Shown here one piece after another: positions 1 through 11,061 of a stretch of 39,319 bases of DNA. The notes below the pieces were generated by a model. That model was not told where the DNA came from, made no database searches, and saw only the letters and a program-made list of their open reading frames with translations. Numbering within the stretch: the first letter of the stretch is position 1; each line of letters begins with the position of its first letter. The translations under genes and the position numbers were made by a program. Source of the stretch: Cyanobacteriota bacterium (lineage in GTDB: Bacteria; Cyanobacteriota; Cyanobacteriia; Cyanobacteriales; Nostocaceae); contig JBJOKS010000037.1 of assembly GCA_046045965.1 (NCBI GenBank), positions 1-39,319 on the forward strand, in the 5' to 3' direction.

Positions 1-305
1 GTTGTATCGGTATAGTCAGCCTCAGTCCTGGTATTCTCCGAGCTACAGAAGTTATCCTTCACGGTTTACGGGGAGATGAACTACTGGTGATGACTTCTCA
101 ACCCAAGGATGCTTATAAACTAAACGCGATCGTTAAGCGGTCAGAAATCATATTTTGTACAGATCAGGTCAGTTATTCAACAGCACAAGCAACAATGCAA
201 GTAGTTTTAGATGACCTGATTCGTCCACCTAAACTGATTCGCTGTGAAAACTACATTGGTTCTCTATCAATTAATTTACTCAAACGCGAACTTGGTTTAA
301 TTTGA
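1..305 (+). CDS. plmA: 3' part of a GntR-family transcriptional regulator, PlmA-like (5' end outside the window)
   Basis: Frame open from position 3: CIGIVSLSPGILRATEVILHGLRGDELLVMTSQ...DDLIRPPKLIRCENYIGSLSINLLKRELGLI. Resembles the C-terminus of cyanobacterial PlmA as recalled. Confidence 0.7.
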   Translation, partial: CIGIVSLSPGILRATEVILHGLRGDELLVMTSQPKDAYKLNAIVKRSEIIFCTDQVSYSTAQATMQVVLDDLIRPPKLIRCENYIGSLSINLLKRELGLI

Positions 306-306
306 G

Positions 307-391
<85 letters not shown>

Positions 392-392
392 A

Positions 393-836
393 CTATAAAT
401 AATCTTTATTTAATAGTTGTTCAAGAGTATAAGGACATTCTTCAGGAAAATCAACCTTAAATTTAGTTTTTACCTTTACATATTCTAAAGCATCAGCATA
501 AATATTTAACATCTCCTTAGTTAAATGATTACGCAAATTACCAGTTAAACGTCGTTTGAGTTGGTTTCTAAAATTCACAATTTCTGCTTGCCAATGATGT
601 CCATTTCTTTCAGATTCTTCCGTCCAATACTGCAATAATAATAAATGTCTAATAATTTGTTCTAAAAGACTTTCTACAGCATTTCTCTTTTCACTTCCCA
701 AATCTTCCAACTCCTCAATTAAATTCTCTAAATCTAATTCATCAAAACGATTTTGTTTCAATAATTCAATAGTTTCTAATAACCACAAATAATCATCAGT
801 TTCATAGAGTTGCTGTAAATTAGTAGTAATTGTCAT
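393..836 (-). CDS. DUF29 family protein
   Basis: LYETDDYLWL..LDLENLIEELEDLG..HLLLLQYW..W..EI..FR..FPEECPYTLEQLL signature. Confidence 0.9.
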   Translation of the reverse strand: MTITTNLQQLYETDDYLWLLETIELLKQNRFDELDLENLIEELEDLGSEKRNAVESLLEQIIRHLLLLQYWTEESERNGHHWQAEIVNFRNQLKRRLTGNLRNHLTKEMLNIYADALEYVKVKTKFKVDFPEECPYTLEQLLNKDYL

Positions 837-881
837 AAATTTACCCCCTATTTACCTCTAAAATAACACACTATGCAATTA

Positions 882-1775
882 TCAATTATTCAAAAACTCG
901 CGCACCTTTTCCAAGTAAGTTTTTGGGTCTTCTAACATGGGAAAATGGGCAGTATTAGGAATCAAAGCAAACTCAACTTTATCGTTTAATGATGCTGCGT
1001 GCCGTCCCATTTCCGCCGGAATAATAATGTCATATTCTCCCGCTACCAACAGCGTGGGAACAGTCAAATTCGCAAATTCATGGGGCATTAATTCCGCTTG
1101 TTCCTTACTCACAGAAGTAAAAATTGTCCCTATTGCAGCATCATAATCAGCATCAATAAAATCTTGTAAAAACGCTTGTCTTTCGGATTTGGGAATAGGA
1201 CTATGCAAAAATCTCGCCATAAACATTCTGTCAGCCAATGGTATTTTCCCTAACCATTTAGGACGGAATTTAACTACCATTCCCCCGAATTTATAAAAAG
1301 CAGCAAAGGCTTTTTCGTCATATTCAAAAATACCGCTACAAGTTAAAATACCTTTTTCCACTCGTTCGGGGTAGCGGTTAAAAAATAAAGTAGCAACGGA
1401 AGCACCCATTGAATGAGCATTAATATAGACACGATTAAGATTTAACTCATTTAATAAAACAGCTAAATCTTCTGCATATTCTGTTAATTCATAACTTAAC
1501 TCAGCAATAGCCGCAGTTTTTTCCTGGTTTGACTGCGACTCAACTACAGACTCCGCAGCTTGGGTAATAGTGGGTTTACCATGAGAACGCCCAAAACCGC
1601 GCATATCATAGAGCAAACAATCAAATTTGTCTAATAAAGCCTCAGCCGTGCTGCGCCAATATCTAGACGAACCAGCCCAACCATGAATAAAAACCATCAC
1701 AGGCTTTACCACATCTGATGGTTGTTTCATCCACTCGTAATAATGCTCAACACCCCGAACATTGATATAAGGCAT
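882..1775 (-). CDS. alpha/beta fold hydrolase
   Basis: HGWAG oxyanion motif, YDMRGFGRS, AHSMG nucleophile, GEYD, AHFP. Start moved to ATG 1775 (MPYINVRG) because the longer ORF N-terminus is translated STRR repeat. Confidence 0.9.
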   Translation of the reverse strand: MPYINVRGVEHYYEWMKQPSDVVKPVMVFIHGWAGSSRYWRSTAEALLDKFDCLLYDMRGFGRSHGKPTITQAAESVVESQSNQEKTAAIAELSYELTEYAEDLAVLLNELNLNRVYINAHSMGASVATLFFNRYPERVEKGILTCSGIFEYDEKAFAAFYKFGGMVVKFRPKWLGKIPLADRMFMARFLHSPIPKSERQAFLQDFIDADYDAAIGTIFTSVSKEQAELMPHEFANLTVPTLLVAGEYDIIIPAEMGRHAASLNDKVEFALIPNTAHFPMLEDPKTYLEKVREFLNN

Positions 1776-1798
1776 ATTTTTAAACTTCTGGGAAGTTA

Positions 1799-1881
1799 GG
1801 GAGATGGGGAGATGGGGAGATGGGGAGAAATTATTTGTATTTTCCCAGTCACCAGTCACCAGTCACCAGTCCCCAGTCCCC
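1799..1881. repeat. STRR arrays (GGGAGATG)n and (CCAGTCA/CCCCAGT)n
   Basis: Read directly between clpX and the hydrolase gene. Confidence 0.85.
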
Positions 1882-1883
1882 AA

Positions 1884-3224
1884 TTATGCTGATTCTGGTT
1901 TAGGTAGTGAAGAGGGATGTACTATCAGTTCAGCAGTAGAACGTTTTTCAACCATTTCCCGCGTCACTGTGCAGCGAGTTACGTCTTTACGAGATGGCAA
2001 CTCATACATCACATCCAGCATCAATTCTTCCACAATACCCCGCAGCGCCCTCGCTCCAGTCTTACGGCGGTAGGCTTCTTGAGCGATCGCTTTTAAGGCT
2101 TCTGGTTTAAAATCTAACTGGACATTATCCATCTTCAGCAGTTTTTGGTACTGCTTCACCAAAGCACTACGTGGCTGGGTCAAAATTGCCATTAGTGCAT
2201 CCTCATCCAAGGGATCTACCACAGCCACCATTGGCATCCGCCCTATAAATTCGGGAATCATGCCAAATTTGACCAAATCATCCGGTTGGAGATGACGGAG
2301 TGTATCTGCTGCCCGTTTTTCTTTAGATTGCCCTTCCCCTGATTGCACAAAACCAATTGACTTTTTACCCACTCTCTGATCTACGACTTTTTCCAAACCG
2401 ACAAAAGCGCCACCACAGATAAACAGGATGTTACTGGTGTCAATCTGGATACAATCTTGATAGGGGTGCTTGCGTCCGCCTTGGGGTGGTACATTAGCAA
2501 TTGTCCCTTCCAGCATTTTCAGTAAAGCTTGCTGTACCCCTTCCCCGGAAACATCTCTAGTAATGGAGGTGTTTTCACTCTTGCGGGCAATTTTGTCAAT
2601 TTCATCAATGTAGATAATTCCCCGCTGGGCTTCCTCCACATCCAAATCTGCCACTTGTAAAAGTCGCAGCAAGATATTTTCCACATCTTCCCCAACATAA
2701 CCCGCTTCTGTCAGAGTTGTAGCATCTGCGACTGCAAAGGGTACATCCAGGATTTTGGCCAGAGTTTGCGCTAACAGGGTTTTACCGCAACCGGTCGGTC
2801 CCATTAATAAAATATTGGACTTTTGTAGTTCTACGGCATCATCAGCCCCACCTTTGCCATTACCCTTAGACTGAGCAATAGCCAACCGCTTGTAGTGATT
2901 GTAAACTGCAACTGACAAGACTTTTTTAGCTTCGTCTTGACCAATTACGTGTTCGTCTAAATATTTTTTAATCTCTCTAGGTTTAGGGATTTGGTTAAAT
3001 GAGAGATTGGCAGAATTGGTACGGCGTTTTTGAGGTTGTTCTGACCGTGGTGCTGGTTGGGAGGCCGCAGCATTTGTATCGAGTAACTCTTCATCTAGGA
3101 TTTCATTACACAAGTCAACGCATTCATCGCAGATGTAGACTCCCGGACCCGCGATTAATTTACGCACCTGCTCCTGAGACTTGCCGCAAAACGAACATTT
3201 TAAATGGGAGTCGTATTTAGACAT
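1884..3224 (-). CDS. clpX: ATP-dependent Clp protease ATP-binding subunit ClpX
   Basis: CSFCGK..ICDEC zinc finger, GPTGCGKT Walker A, IDEIDK, RKH and IGF loops, GARALR. Confidence 0.99.
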   Translation of the reverse strand: MSKYDSHLKCSFCGKSQEQVRKLIAGPGVYICDECVDLCNEILDEELLDTNAAASQPAPRSEQPQKRRTNSANLSFNQIPKPREIKKYLDEHVIGQDEAKKVLSVAVYNHYKRLAIAQSKGNGKGGADDAVELQKSNILLMGPTGCGKTLLAQTLAKILDVPFAVADATTLTEAGYVGEDVENILLRLLQVADLDVEEAQRGIIYIDEIDKIARKSENTSITRDVSGEGVQQALLKMLEGTIANVPPQGGRKHPYQDCIQIDTSNILFICGGAFVGLEKVVDQRVGKKSIGFVQSGEGQSKEKRAADTLRHLQPDDLVKFGMIPEFIGRMPMVAVVDPLDEDALMAILTQPRSALVKQYQKLLKMDNVQLDFKPEALKAIAQEAYRRKTGARALRGIVEELMLDVMYELPSRKDVTRCTVTREMVEKRSTAELIVHPSSLPKPESA

Positions 3225-3234
3225 ACCAAGCCTC

Positions 3235-3933
3235 TTATTTCAGAATGGTGACGTTTTCCCCTGCTGTGGGGAGATTTTGTCTGGAAATAACCTGATCAAT
3301 CAAACCGTAGTTTTTCGCCTCTTCTGCTGACATAAAAAAGTCCCGTTCCGTATCGGCTTCGAGCTTTTCTAAAGGTTGACCAGTATGCTTGGCCATTAAT
3401 TGATTCAAGTTACCCTTAATGTAAAGAATTTCTCGCGCTTGAATTTCAATATCAATCGCTTGTCCTTGAGCGCCACCAAGGGGTTGGTGAATCATAATCC
3501 GGGAGTCAGGTAGAGACATACGTTTTCCCGCAGTCCCAGATGTTAACAAAAATGCACCCATGCTGGCAGCTAGACCAAAACAGATGGTAACAACATCGGG
3601 ACGTATTTGTTGAATTGTATCATAAATTGCCATTCCTGCGTAAACAGAACCGCCAGGAGAATTTATGTAAAGTTGAATATCCTTTTCTGAGTCTTCAGCG
3701 TCTAGAAATAGCAATTGCGCCACAATTGAATTAGCGACAACATCATCTATGGGCGTTCCCAAAAAAATAATCCGCTCTCGCAGTAGGCGGGAGTAGATGT
3801 CAAAAGCCCTTTCTCCCATACCAGACTGTTCTACCACCATCGGTACAATGTTGTTAGGGCTGCTGTAGTTACAGCTAATGCCGATGGGACTTAAGCTACT
3901 GATTGGGTAATTTCCCGACTGCGATACAAGCAT
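3235..3933 (-). CDS. clpP: ATP-dependent Clp protease proteolytic subunit (ClpP2-type)
   Basis: [34 protein letters not shown]; tig-clpP-clpX synteny. Confidence 0.98.
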   Translation of the reverse strand: MLVSQSGNYPISSLSPIGISCNYSSPNNIVPMVVEQSGMGERAFDIYSRLLRERIIFLGTPIDDVVANSIVAQLLFLDAEDSEKDIQLYINSPGGSVYAGMAIYDTIQQIRPDVVTICFGLAASMGAFLLTSGTAGKRMSLPDSRIMIHQPLGGAQGQAIDIEIQAREILYIKGNLNQLMAKHTGQPLEKLEADTERDFFMSAEEAKNYGLIDQVISRQNLPTAGENVTILK

Positions 3934-4051
3934 ACAAGAATATTTAACAATAAGTGGGACAGAGTTTACCGTCCTGATGACGGCTTTTTTGAGAATTTGA
4001 ATTTGTATTTGAGCTATGTTTTAACCATTATGCCACTTATAAGCTGTTCCC

Positions 4052-4261
4052 GCAGAAGGCAAAAGGCAAAAGGCAAAAGGCAGGAGGCAGGAGGCAGGAG
4101 GCAGGAGGCAGGAGGCAGGAGGCAGAAGGCAGGAAGCAGGAGGCAGGGGGCAGGAGGCAGAAGGCAGAAGGCAGGAGGCAGGAGGCAGAAGTTCTCTAAT
4201 TTTGACTGTTCCCTGTTCCCTGTTCCCTGTTCCCTGTTCCCTGTTCCCTGTTCCCTGTTCC
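4052..4261. repeat. STRR arrays: about 20 GCAGGAG/GCAGAAG/GCAAAAG heptamers followed by (CTGTTCC)x8
   Basis: Read directly at 4052-4191 and 4206-4261. Confidence 0.95.
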
Positions 4262-4263
4262 CT

Positions 4264-5676
4264 TTACTCAGGATTTGTAGTTGCTGCTTCCGCAGTAGCT
4301 TCAGTGCTTTCAGCTTCTGAGTCGGTTTCCTCTGGGGGAGTGCTTAAAGAACCTGCGGGTACGAGTTCCACAGATGAGTTGGCTAAAAGCCAATCCATGA
4401 TTTTTTCATTTACCAATTGTGCTTCCACCACCGATTGCAGTCTCACTGCATCTATATCCTCATCAGGGTACTGTTCTAACAGTTCTTTGACTTTGGCTGC
4501 TACTTCTTCCGTTGTCACTTGGATAGATTCCCGTTTGCCGATTTCTTCTATAGCTAGAGAACGTTTGAGGCGTTCAATTGCTTCTGGCTGCGATCGCTCG
4601 CGCAATTGGGGAATAATATCTTGAGTAAACAGCTTTCTCACGTCTAGACCTTGCTCTGACAGTTTCATGGCTGTCTGTGTGAGCATGGCATCAACTTCTT
4701 TATCAATCAAAGTTGCTGGCAAGTCAATTTCTACGTGATTGAGCAGTTCTGCTAACAAAGCTTCTTGCTGATTGGCTTTGGTTTGCTCTTGAGCTTCTTT
4801 TTGATAACGTTCTTCTAAAGATGCCCGTAATTGAGCTAAAGTCTCAAAATCACTTACTTCTTGGGCGAAGTCGTCATTCAATTCCGGTAGTTCTTTTTCC
4901 TTGATTTCTTTGAGTGTCACTGTAAACAGTGCAGGTTTACCGGCTAATTCTGGGCTGGCATAAGGGTCTGGAAACTGAGCCGGAATTTCTCTGGTTTCTC
5001 CAGGGTTCATCCCTACCATACCAGAGACGAAACCAGGAATAAACTTATCTTCCTGTAACTCGACTTGAAAATCAGTTGCTTCTCCACCGGGAATTGGTGT
5101 AGGTTCGGTGGATTCGTCTTCACCTTCAGCTTTGGTCAGGACACCTTTAAAATCAACTACAGCAATATCCCCAATTTGGGCTGCTCGTCCTTCTACGGGA
5201 ATCAAAGTAGCCATTTGTTGCCGTTCCTTGTCTAATACATCATCCACCTTTGTGGGGTCGTACTGGATTTCCTCGGCTTTAACTTGGAAACCGCTATACT
5301 GCTGGATATTGATTTCTGGTTCCACATCCACAGCAGCGGCAATGTTTAGGGGTTCTCCTGGTTGATAATTATTAATCAAATCATCAAAAGAGGAGCGTAA
5401 TCGCGGTTGACCAATGGCGGGGATGGCTTCTTGTTTGACTGCTTGCTCAACGACTTCGGGAATTAGTTCTTCCAGTGCGGCTGCTTTGATGCGACCGGCT
5501 CCCAGGCGCTGTAATAATATCTGCCGGGGTACTTTGCCTTTGCGAAACCCAGGAATATTTACAGTACCACCCAAGTTTTTAATTACCTGTTCGTATTTTT
5601 GTTGGGTAATTTCGGCTGTTATCTCTATTTCTAGTCCAATCTGGCTTTTTTCAAGTTTTTCCTGGGTAACTTTCAT
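4264..5676 (-). CDS. tig: trigger factor
   Basis: IPGFRKGKVP ribosome-binding motif, FKBP-like VDFKG..FIPGF domain. Confidence 0.98.
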   Translation of the reverse strand: MKVTQEKLEKSQIGLEIEITAEITQQKYEQVIKNLGGTVNIPGFRKGKVPRQILLQRLGAGRIKAAALEELIPEVVEQAVKQEAIPAIGQPRLRSSFDDLINNYQPGEPLNIAAAVDVEPEINIQQYSGFQVKAEEIQYDPTKVDDVLDKERQQMATLIPVEGRAAQIGDIAVVDFKGVLTKAEGEDESTEPTPIPGGEATDFQVELQEDKFIPGFVSGMVGMNPGETREIPAQFPDPYASPELAGKPALFTVTLKEIKEKELPELNDDFAQEVSDFETLAQLRASLEERYQKEAQEQTKANQQEALLAELLNHVEIDLPATLIDKEVDAMLTQTAMKLSEQGLDVRKLFTQDIIPQLRERSQPEAIERLKRSLAIEEIGKRESIQVTTEEVAAKVKELLEQYPDEDIDAVRLQSVVEAQLVNEKIMDWLLANSSVELVPAGSLSTPPEETDSEAESTEATAEAATTNPE

Positions 5677-6339
5677 GCTTTGTCTCTGTTTTTTGGTGTT
5701 GTCATCTTGATGGTATACACAAGCTGCGGAACTCTCGCCGTTTCAACTTGATGTACAGCACAGAACTTGTAAACATCGCTCTTATCTAGATCAATAGAGC
5801 ATTTCTAGTTATAAATCAGTTTTGTGCAATTTATGGAGATTTTGACGAAATGGTTAGATAATTAGCTATCTATTGATAAAATATCCAAAGTCGATTTCTG
5901 AGAATTTATCATTTATACGGTGTTTAGTCCTAAAAAATCTGCTTAATTACCTGCTGTTGGAGTGTATAGCTGCCAATGAAGCAGTTAAACGCAAAATGGT
6001 ACTCAGATTGTTAACTCTGTGATATCCTTTCAACATGGTAGCTTCTTATGGTAGCACTGTTGCCAAGGTTGTACCATTGATTCTATCAGCCTTGTGGAAC
6101 GAAATCACTCATCTTTCCTGTGCATCTTGTTCCCGGTTCAGTTATGATTTGTAACTATCAGGAGCATAGGCAATTATAAGAAAATAGGCTGAAAACCATT
6201 GAGGTTAAGTTAAAGAAGCTTATCAAGTATTAAAATTTCTTGGATTGCTAAATATTCCCAATATTTCCATTTTATAGATATTTTGAGTTGTACAAAAAAA
6301 GTTAGTAACCTTAGTAACCTCTTAAAGGAGGAGTCGAGT

Positions 6340-7371
6340 TTGTCTAAATCCTATCGTGTAGCTATTTTGGGTGCGACTGGTGCTGTAGGTACGGAGTTGC
6401 TGGAATTACTAGAAAGCCGGAATTTCCCCATAGCTGATTTAAAATTATTAGCATCAGAACGGAGTGCGGGAAAGACGCTCAAATTTCAAGGAGAAAATCT
6501 TGTAATTGAGGCAGTAAGCGATCGCTCTTTTGATAAAGTTGATATAGTGCTGGCTAGTGCCGGGGGGGGAACATCCAAAACCTGGGCTGGGGTAGCTGTA
6601 GAAAAAGGGGCAGTGGTAATAGATAACTCCAGTGCCTTCCGTATGAAACCGGATGTACCTTTAATAGTCCCAGAAGTAAATCCCCAAGCCGCAGCAAGTC
6701 ACAAGGGCATTATTGCCAATCCTAACTGCACCACAATTTTAATGACCTTGGCAGTCTGGCCACTGCATCAAATAAAATCAGTAAAACGAATTGTCGCCGC
6801 AACCTATCAATCTGCTAGTGGCGCGGGTGCAAAAGCAATGGAAGAAGTGAAAACCCAAACCAGTGCTATATTACAAGGACAGCAACCAGTAGCTGAGGTA
6901 CTACCTTATCCGTTGGCCTTTAATTTATTTGCCCATAATTCCCCAATGACCGATTTAGGCTATTGTGAGGAAGAGCTAAAAATGGTCAACGAAACCCGAA
7001 AAATATTTGGTAGTCAAGAAATCAGAATTACTGCCACTTGTGTACGGGTTCCCGTACTGCGCGCCCATTCAGAAGCAATTAACCTAGAGTTTGAAACGCC
7101 TTTTGATCCAGATGAGGCAAGAGCGATTTTAAGTAATGCTCCTGGTGTTAAATTGGTAGAAGATTGGCAGAAAAATTATTTTCCCATGCCCATAGAAGCT
7201 AGTGGACGGGATGAAGTTTTAGTCGGGAGAATTCGTCAAGATATTTCTCATCCTTGTGGCTTAGAATTATGGCTGTGTGGCGATCAAATCCGTAAAGGTG
7301 CAGCCTTAAATGCGGTACAAATTGCCGAATTATTAATAGAAAAAAACCTACTAAAATCAACTACAGCGTAG
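6340..7371 (+). CDS. asd: aspartate-semialdehyde dehydrogenase
   Basis: GATGAVG, ANPNCTT, TYQSASGAG, RKGAALNAVQIAE. Probable TTG start at 6340 after AAAGGAGG. Confidence 0.97.
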   Translation: MSKSYRVAILGATGAVGTELLELLESRNFPIADLKLLASERSAGKTLKFQGENLVIEAVSDRSFDKVDIVLASAGGGTSKTWAGVAVEKGAVVIDNSSAFRMKPDVPLIVPEVNPQAAASHKGIIANPNCTTILMTLAVWPLHQIKSVKRIVAATYQSASGAGAKAMEEVKTQTSAILQGQQPVAEVLPYPLAFNLFAHNSPMTDLGYCEEELKMVNETRKIFGSQEIRITATCVRVPVLRAHSEAINLEFETPFDPDEARAILSNAPGVKLVEDWQKNYFPMPIEASGRDEVLVGRIRQDISHPCGLELWLCGDQIRKGAALNAVQIAELLIEKNLLKSTTA

Positions 7372-7480
7372 TTTAATAATTGGTGATTGGTAATAGATAA
7401 TTGTGTAATCTTCCTTTCTTCTACCTCATCACCAATGACCAATGACCAATGACAAATGACAAATCAGGAGTGAAAAACGG

Positions 7481-8365
7481 GTGGGAGATTTTGGCACAAT
7501 TGTAACTGCTATGATTACGCCGTTTAAAGCAGACGGCAGCGTTAATTATGACGTAGCAGGTAAATTAGCAGCACATCTAGTTAACAATGGGACAGACGCA
7601 TTAGTAATTTGTGGGACAACAGGTGAATCTCCCACCTTAACCTGGGACGAAGAATACCAGCTGTTTGTCGAAGTGTTGCAAGCTGTAGGCGGGAAAGCCA
7701 AAGTAATTGCTGGCTGTGGTTCTAACTCCACCACAGAAGCGATCGCCGCCACCCAAAAAGCAGCTAGAATAGGAGTACATGGTTCCTTACAAGTTGTACC
7801 CTATTACAACAAACCGCCCCAAGCGGGACTCTATCAACACTTTCAGGCGATCGCCCAAGGCTGTCCCGACCTACCAATGTTGTTATATAATATTCCTGGT
7901 CGGACTGGTCAAAACCTGAGTCCAGAAACAGTTGTGCAGTTAGCACAAATCGACAACATTGTGGGAATTAAAGAAGCCAGTGGGAACTTAGACCAAGCTA
8001 GTGAAATTCGCCGCTTGACACCACAGGAATTTCAGATTTACGCTGGAGATGATTCTTTAACCTTGCCTCTGTTAGCGATTGGGGCTAAGGGTGTGGTAAG
8101 TGTAGCTTCTCATCTGGTAGGTAATCAACTAAAACAGATGATTGATTGCTTTAATGTGGGTAAAGTCCAAACTGCTACTGAGATTCATTTACAATTATTC
8201 CCGTTGTTTAAAGCTTTATTTTTAACAACAAATCCCATTCCTGTTAAACAGGCATTAAAACTTCAAGGTTGGGAGGTTGGTTCAGTTCGTCCTCCTCTGT
8301 GCGAAGCTGACGTAGAAATCTGTCAAAAGTTAGAGGACGTGTTGCACAAACTGAGTTTAGTCTGA
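7481..8365 (+). CDS. dapA: 4-hydroxy-tetrahydrodipicolinate synthase
   Basis: [27 protein letters not shown]. Confidence 0.98.
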   Translation: MGDFGTIVTAMITPFKADGSVNYDVAGKLAAHLVNNGTDALVICGTTGESPTLTWDEEYQLFVEVLQAVGGKAKVIAGCGSNSTTEAIAATQKAARIGVHGSLQVVPYYNKPPQAGLYQHFQAIAQGCPDLPMLLYNIPGRTGQNLSPETVVQLAQIDNIVGIKEASGNLDQASEIRRLTPQEFQIYAGDDSLTLPLLAIGAKGVVSVASHLVGNQLKQMIDCFNVGKVQTATEIHLQLFPLFKALFLTTNPIPVKQALKLQGWEVGSVRPPLCEADVEICQKLEDVLHKLSLV

Positions 8366-8682
8366 GTGCCAATATGTTGGATACTAGCCAAATGCTGGTT
8401 TCCCAAGATACTTATAAATAAATGGTAATAATTGCTAGTAAGCTGCAATTTAAACATCTGTGCTACAACTGAACGATAACTGAACAATATAAGAATGATT
8501 CTCTATAAGACGCTACCGCAAAAGTGTCAATTCCTTTTTATTTATTCAATGAAAAATTGATTGGATATCTAAAATCGAAATTGGCTGTTTTTACATTCAA
8601 TTAAATAAACATTTGATGTTGTCTTTCATACAAGAACGCTAACTATCAACTGATTAACAACTAACACAATCTCCAGGATAAA

Positions 8683-10455
8683 ATGGTTAAAAACGAAGCT
8701 ACTTCTGCCCTAAAAATTATTCCTTTGGGTGGTTTACATGAAATAGGCAAAAATACCTGTGTTTTTGAGTATGAGGATGAAATAATTCTCTTGGATGCAG
8801 GTTTGGCTTTTCCCACCGAGGCCATGCACGGTGTAAACATTGTTTTACCCGATACAACTTATCTCCGTGAAAATCGCCACAAAATCAAAGGCATGATCGT
8901 TACTCATGGTCATGAAGACCATATTGGTGGTATTGCTTTTCACCTCAAACAATTTGACATCCCGGTAATTTATGGACCGAGACTAGCAATGGCAATGCTA
9001 GAAGGTAAATTGGAAGAAGCAGGGGTACGCGATCGCACAGAATTAAGAACTGTCATGCCGCGTGATATGGTACGGATTGGTAAAGCCTTTTTTGTCGAAT
9101 ATATCCGTAACACCCACTCCATCGCTGACAGTTTTACAGTGGCTATTCATACTCCATTGGGTGTAGTTATCCATACCGGGGATTTTAAAATTGACCACAC
9201 TCCAGTCGATGGCGAGAACTTTGACTTGCAACGCCTAGCAGAACATGGGGAAAAAGGCGTACTGTGTTTATTAAGTGATTCTACTAACGCCGAAGTTCCT
9301 GGTTTTACACCATCAGAACGTTCAGTTTATCCCAACCTTGACCGGGTATTCTCTCAAGCCACAGGGCGCTTATTTGTTACTACCTTTGCTTCCAGCGTGC
9401 ATCGCATCAACATGGTTTTGCAACTGGCCAGGAAACATAACCGGGTAGTGACAGTTGTAGGGCGTTCGATGCTGAATTTAATTGCCCATGCCCGGAATTT
9501 AGGTTATATCAAATGCGAAGATAGCCTATTTCAACCCTTGCATACTGTCCGTGGTATGCCGGATGAAAATGTACTAATTCTGACAACTGGTTCTCAAGGC
9601 GAAACTATGGCAGCCATGACCAGGATTGCTAATAAAGAACACCCGCACATTAAAATTCGGGAAGGAGATACAGTTGTCTTCTCTGCTAACCCCATTCCTG
9701 GTAATACAATTGCGGTGGTTAACACCATTGACAAATTAATGATTCAGGGGGCAAAAGTAGTCTATGGACGGGATAAAGGTATTCACGTTTCTGGACATGG
9801 CTGCCAAGAAGAGCAAAAGCTGATGATTGCTTTAACTCGTCCCAAGTTCTTTGTGCCTTTTCATGGTGAACACCGGATGTTGGTGAAGCACGCAGAAACT
9901 GCTCAAAGTATGGGTGTTCCCGCTGAAAATATGATTATTATTCAGAATGGGGATGTGATAGAACTGACAGAACACTCCATCCGCGTTGCTGGTAAAGTAC
10001 CATCGGGTATTGAACTGGTGGATACTACAAGTTCGGGGATGGTGAGTTCAAAAGTGTTGCAAGAACGTCAACGCATAGCTTCTGAAGGACTGGTGACTAT
10101 TGCTGCTGCTATTGATTGGAGTGGTAAACTGTTGGCAAAACCAGAAATCCATATGCAGGGTGTGGTGACAAGTATTGAGCGATCGCTTTTACTGAAATGG
10201 GTACAACAACGCATTGAAGAAATTCTCAGTGTCCGTTGGTCTGAATTTGTGACGGGAAGCGGACAAAATGATATAGACTGGGGCGGTTTGCAAGTAACTT
10301 TAGAAAAAGAATTGCAGCGTTCTCTGCGTCGTGAGTTGCAATGTCAACCATCTTTGACTTTGTTGATGCAAGTCCCTGATGGACCTCCAGCACCTGCTGT
10401 TAATGTTTCTGATGGTAGAAGACGGCGTACTCGTTCTACTGCTGTAGCTTCTTAA
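8683..10455 (+). CDS. rnj: ribonuclease J
   Basis: PLGGLHEIGKN, THGHEDHIG, DSTNA, HVSGH metallo-beta-lactamase/beta-CASP motifs. Confidence 0.97.
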   Translation: MVKNEATSALKIIPLGGLHEIGKNTCVFEYEDEIILLDAGLAFPTEAMHGVNIVLPDTTYLRENRHKIKGMIVTHGHEDHIGGIAFHLKQFDIPVIYGPRLAMAMLEGKLEEAGVRDRTELRTVMPRDMVRIGKAFFVEYIRNTHSIADSFTVAIHTPLGVVIHTGDFKIDHTPVDGENFDLQRLAEHGEKGVLCLLSDSTNAEVPGFTPSERSVYPNLDRVFSQATGRLFVTTFASSVHRINMVLQLARKHNRVVTVVGRSMLNLIAHARNLGYIKCEDSLFQPLHTVRGMPDENVLILTTGSQGETMAAMTRIANKEHPHIKIREGDTVVFSANPIPGNTIAVVNTIDKLMIQGAKVVYGRDKGIHVSGHGCQEEQKLMIALTRPKFFVPFHGEHRMLVKHAETAQSMGVPAENMIIIQNGDVIELTEHSIRVAGKVPSGIELVDTTSSGMVSSKVLQERQRIASEGLVTIAAAIDWSGKLLAKPEIHMQGVVTSIERSLLLKWVQQRIEEILSVRWSEFVTGSGQNDIDWGGLQVTLEKELQRSLRRELQCQPSLTLLMQVPDGPPAPAVNVSDGRRRRTRSTAVAS

Positions 10456-10463
10456 GAGTTAGC

Positions 10464-10519
10464 TCACGCAAAGGCGCAAATTCGCAAAGGCGCAAAGGTG
10501 TTATTGGGCATCTTTGCGT
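10464..10519. repeat. short dispersed repeat (CGCAAAGG)n with a CTTTGCG complement; relatives near 19766-19792, 20117-20136 and 27988-28025
   Basis: CACGCAAAGGCGCAAATTCGCAAAGGCGCAAAG..CTTTGCG read directly; related motifs recur within the window. Confidence 0.7.
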
Positions 10520-10524
10520 TTTTT

Positions 10525-10749
10525 TTAGCTAATTGACATAAAGATTTCATTGAGTGGTTTAACGCGGTTAGCGGTGATATCAGCTTCAGCAAGCTGAATT
10601 AATTTATCTAAGCGACCAGATTTAGCATCAGCTTCGATTTGTTTATCCCAAGCATCCTCTAAGTATGTTTGTAGCCAATCTGCAAGCTGACGCATCTCAA
10701 CTTCAGAAAGTTGGGTGATTGCTGCTTCGATTTCTGTAAGAGATGTCAT
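10525..10749 (-). CDS. small putative type II antitoxin; cognate toxin missing
   Basis: EIEAAITQL..WDKQIEADAKSGRLDKLI..AEADI pattern, recalled from small proteins that precede RelE/ParE-like toxins. Confidence 0.6.
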   Translation of the reverse strand: MTSLTEIEAAITQLSEVEMRQLADWLQTYLEDAWDKQIEADAKSGRLDKLIQLAEADITANRVKPLNEIFMSIS

Positions 10750-10763
10750 AAAGTTACCTTACG

Positions 10764-11061
10764 CTAGAATTTCATGTTTTTCTTTACCGTTGGTGAATTC
10801 AATATACTCTCTTCTTCAGGTTCCCACTGTTCACCCAACGCGCGTATTAACACAGCACTGGGATATTCCATGATTTTTTCTTGTTCCTTTAACCAAACCC
10901 AGTAGGATATAACTGATTTTAAAACATCCTCAAGCCCAAAAGGAACATCCTTCCAGCGCAGCTTGCACATCTTCTTGCTCAAAATCTACACCTACAGCAG
11001 ATAAGGCATACTCATAATGGTTAAATATCTCATACTTGATTGAGTCTTTTTCCCAAAACAT
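10764..11061 (-). pseudogene. frameshifted hypothetical gene (MFWEKDSIKYEIFNHYEYALSAVGVDF...GCSF / GLEDVLKSVISYWVWL..YPSAVLIRALGEQWEP)
   Basis: SD GGGAGG at 11080-11075 and ATG 11061. The first frame stops at TGA 10932-10930; coding-like sequence continues in the +1 frame to 10764. Confidence 0.6.

Noticed and set aside
3997..4624. ORFs 3997-4320 and 4202-4624
   Set aside because: Translations of STRR arrays and of the antisense strand of tig
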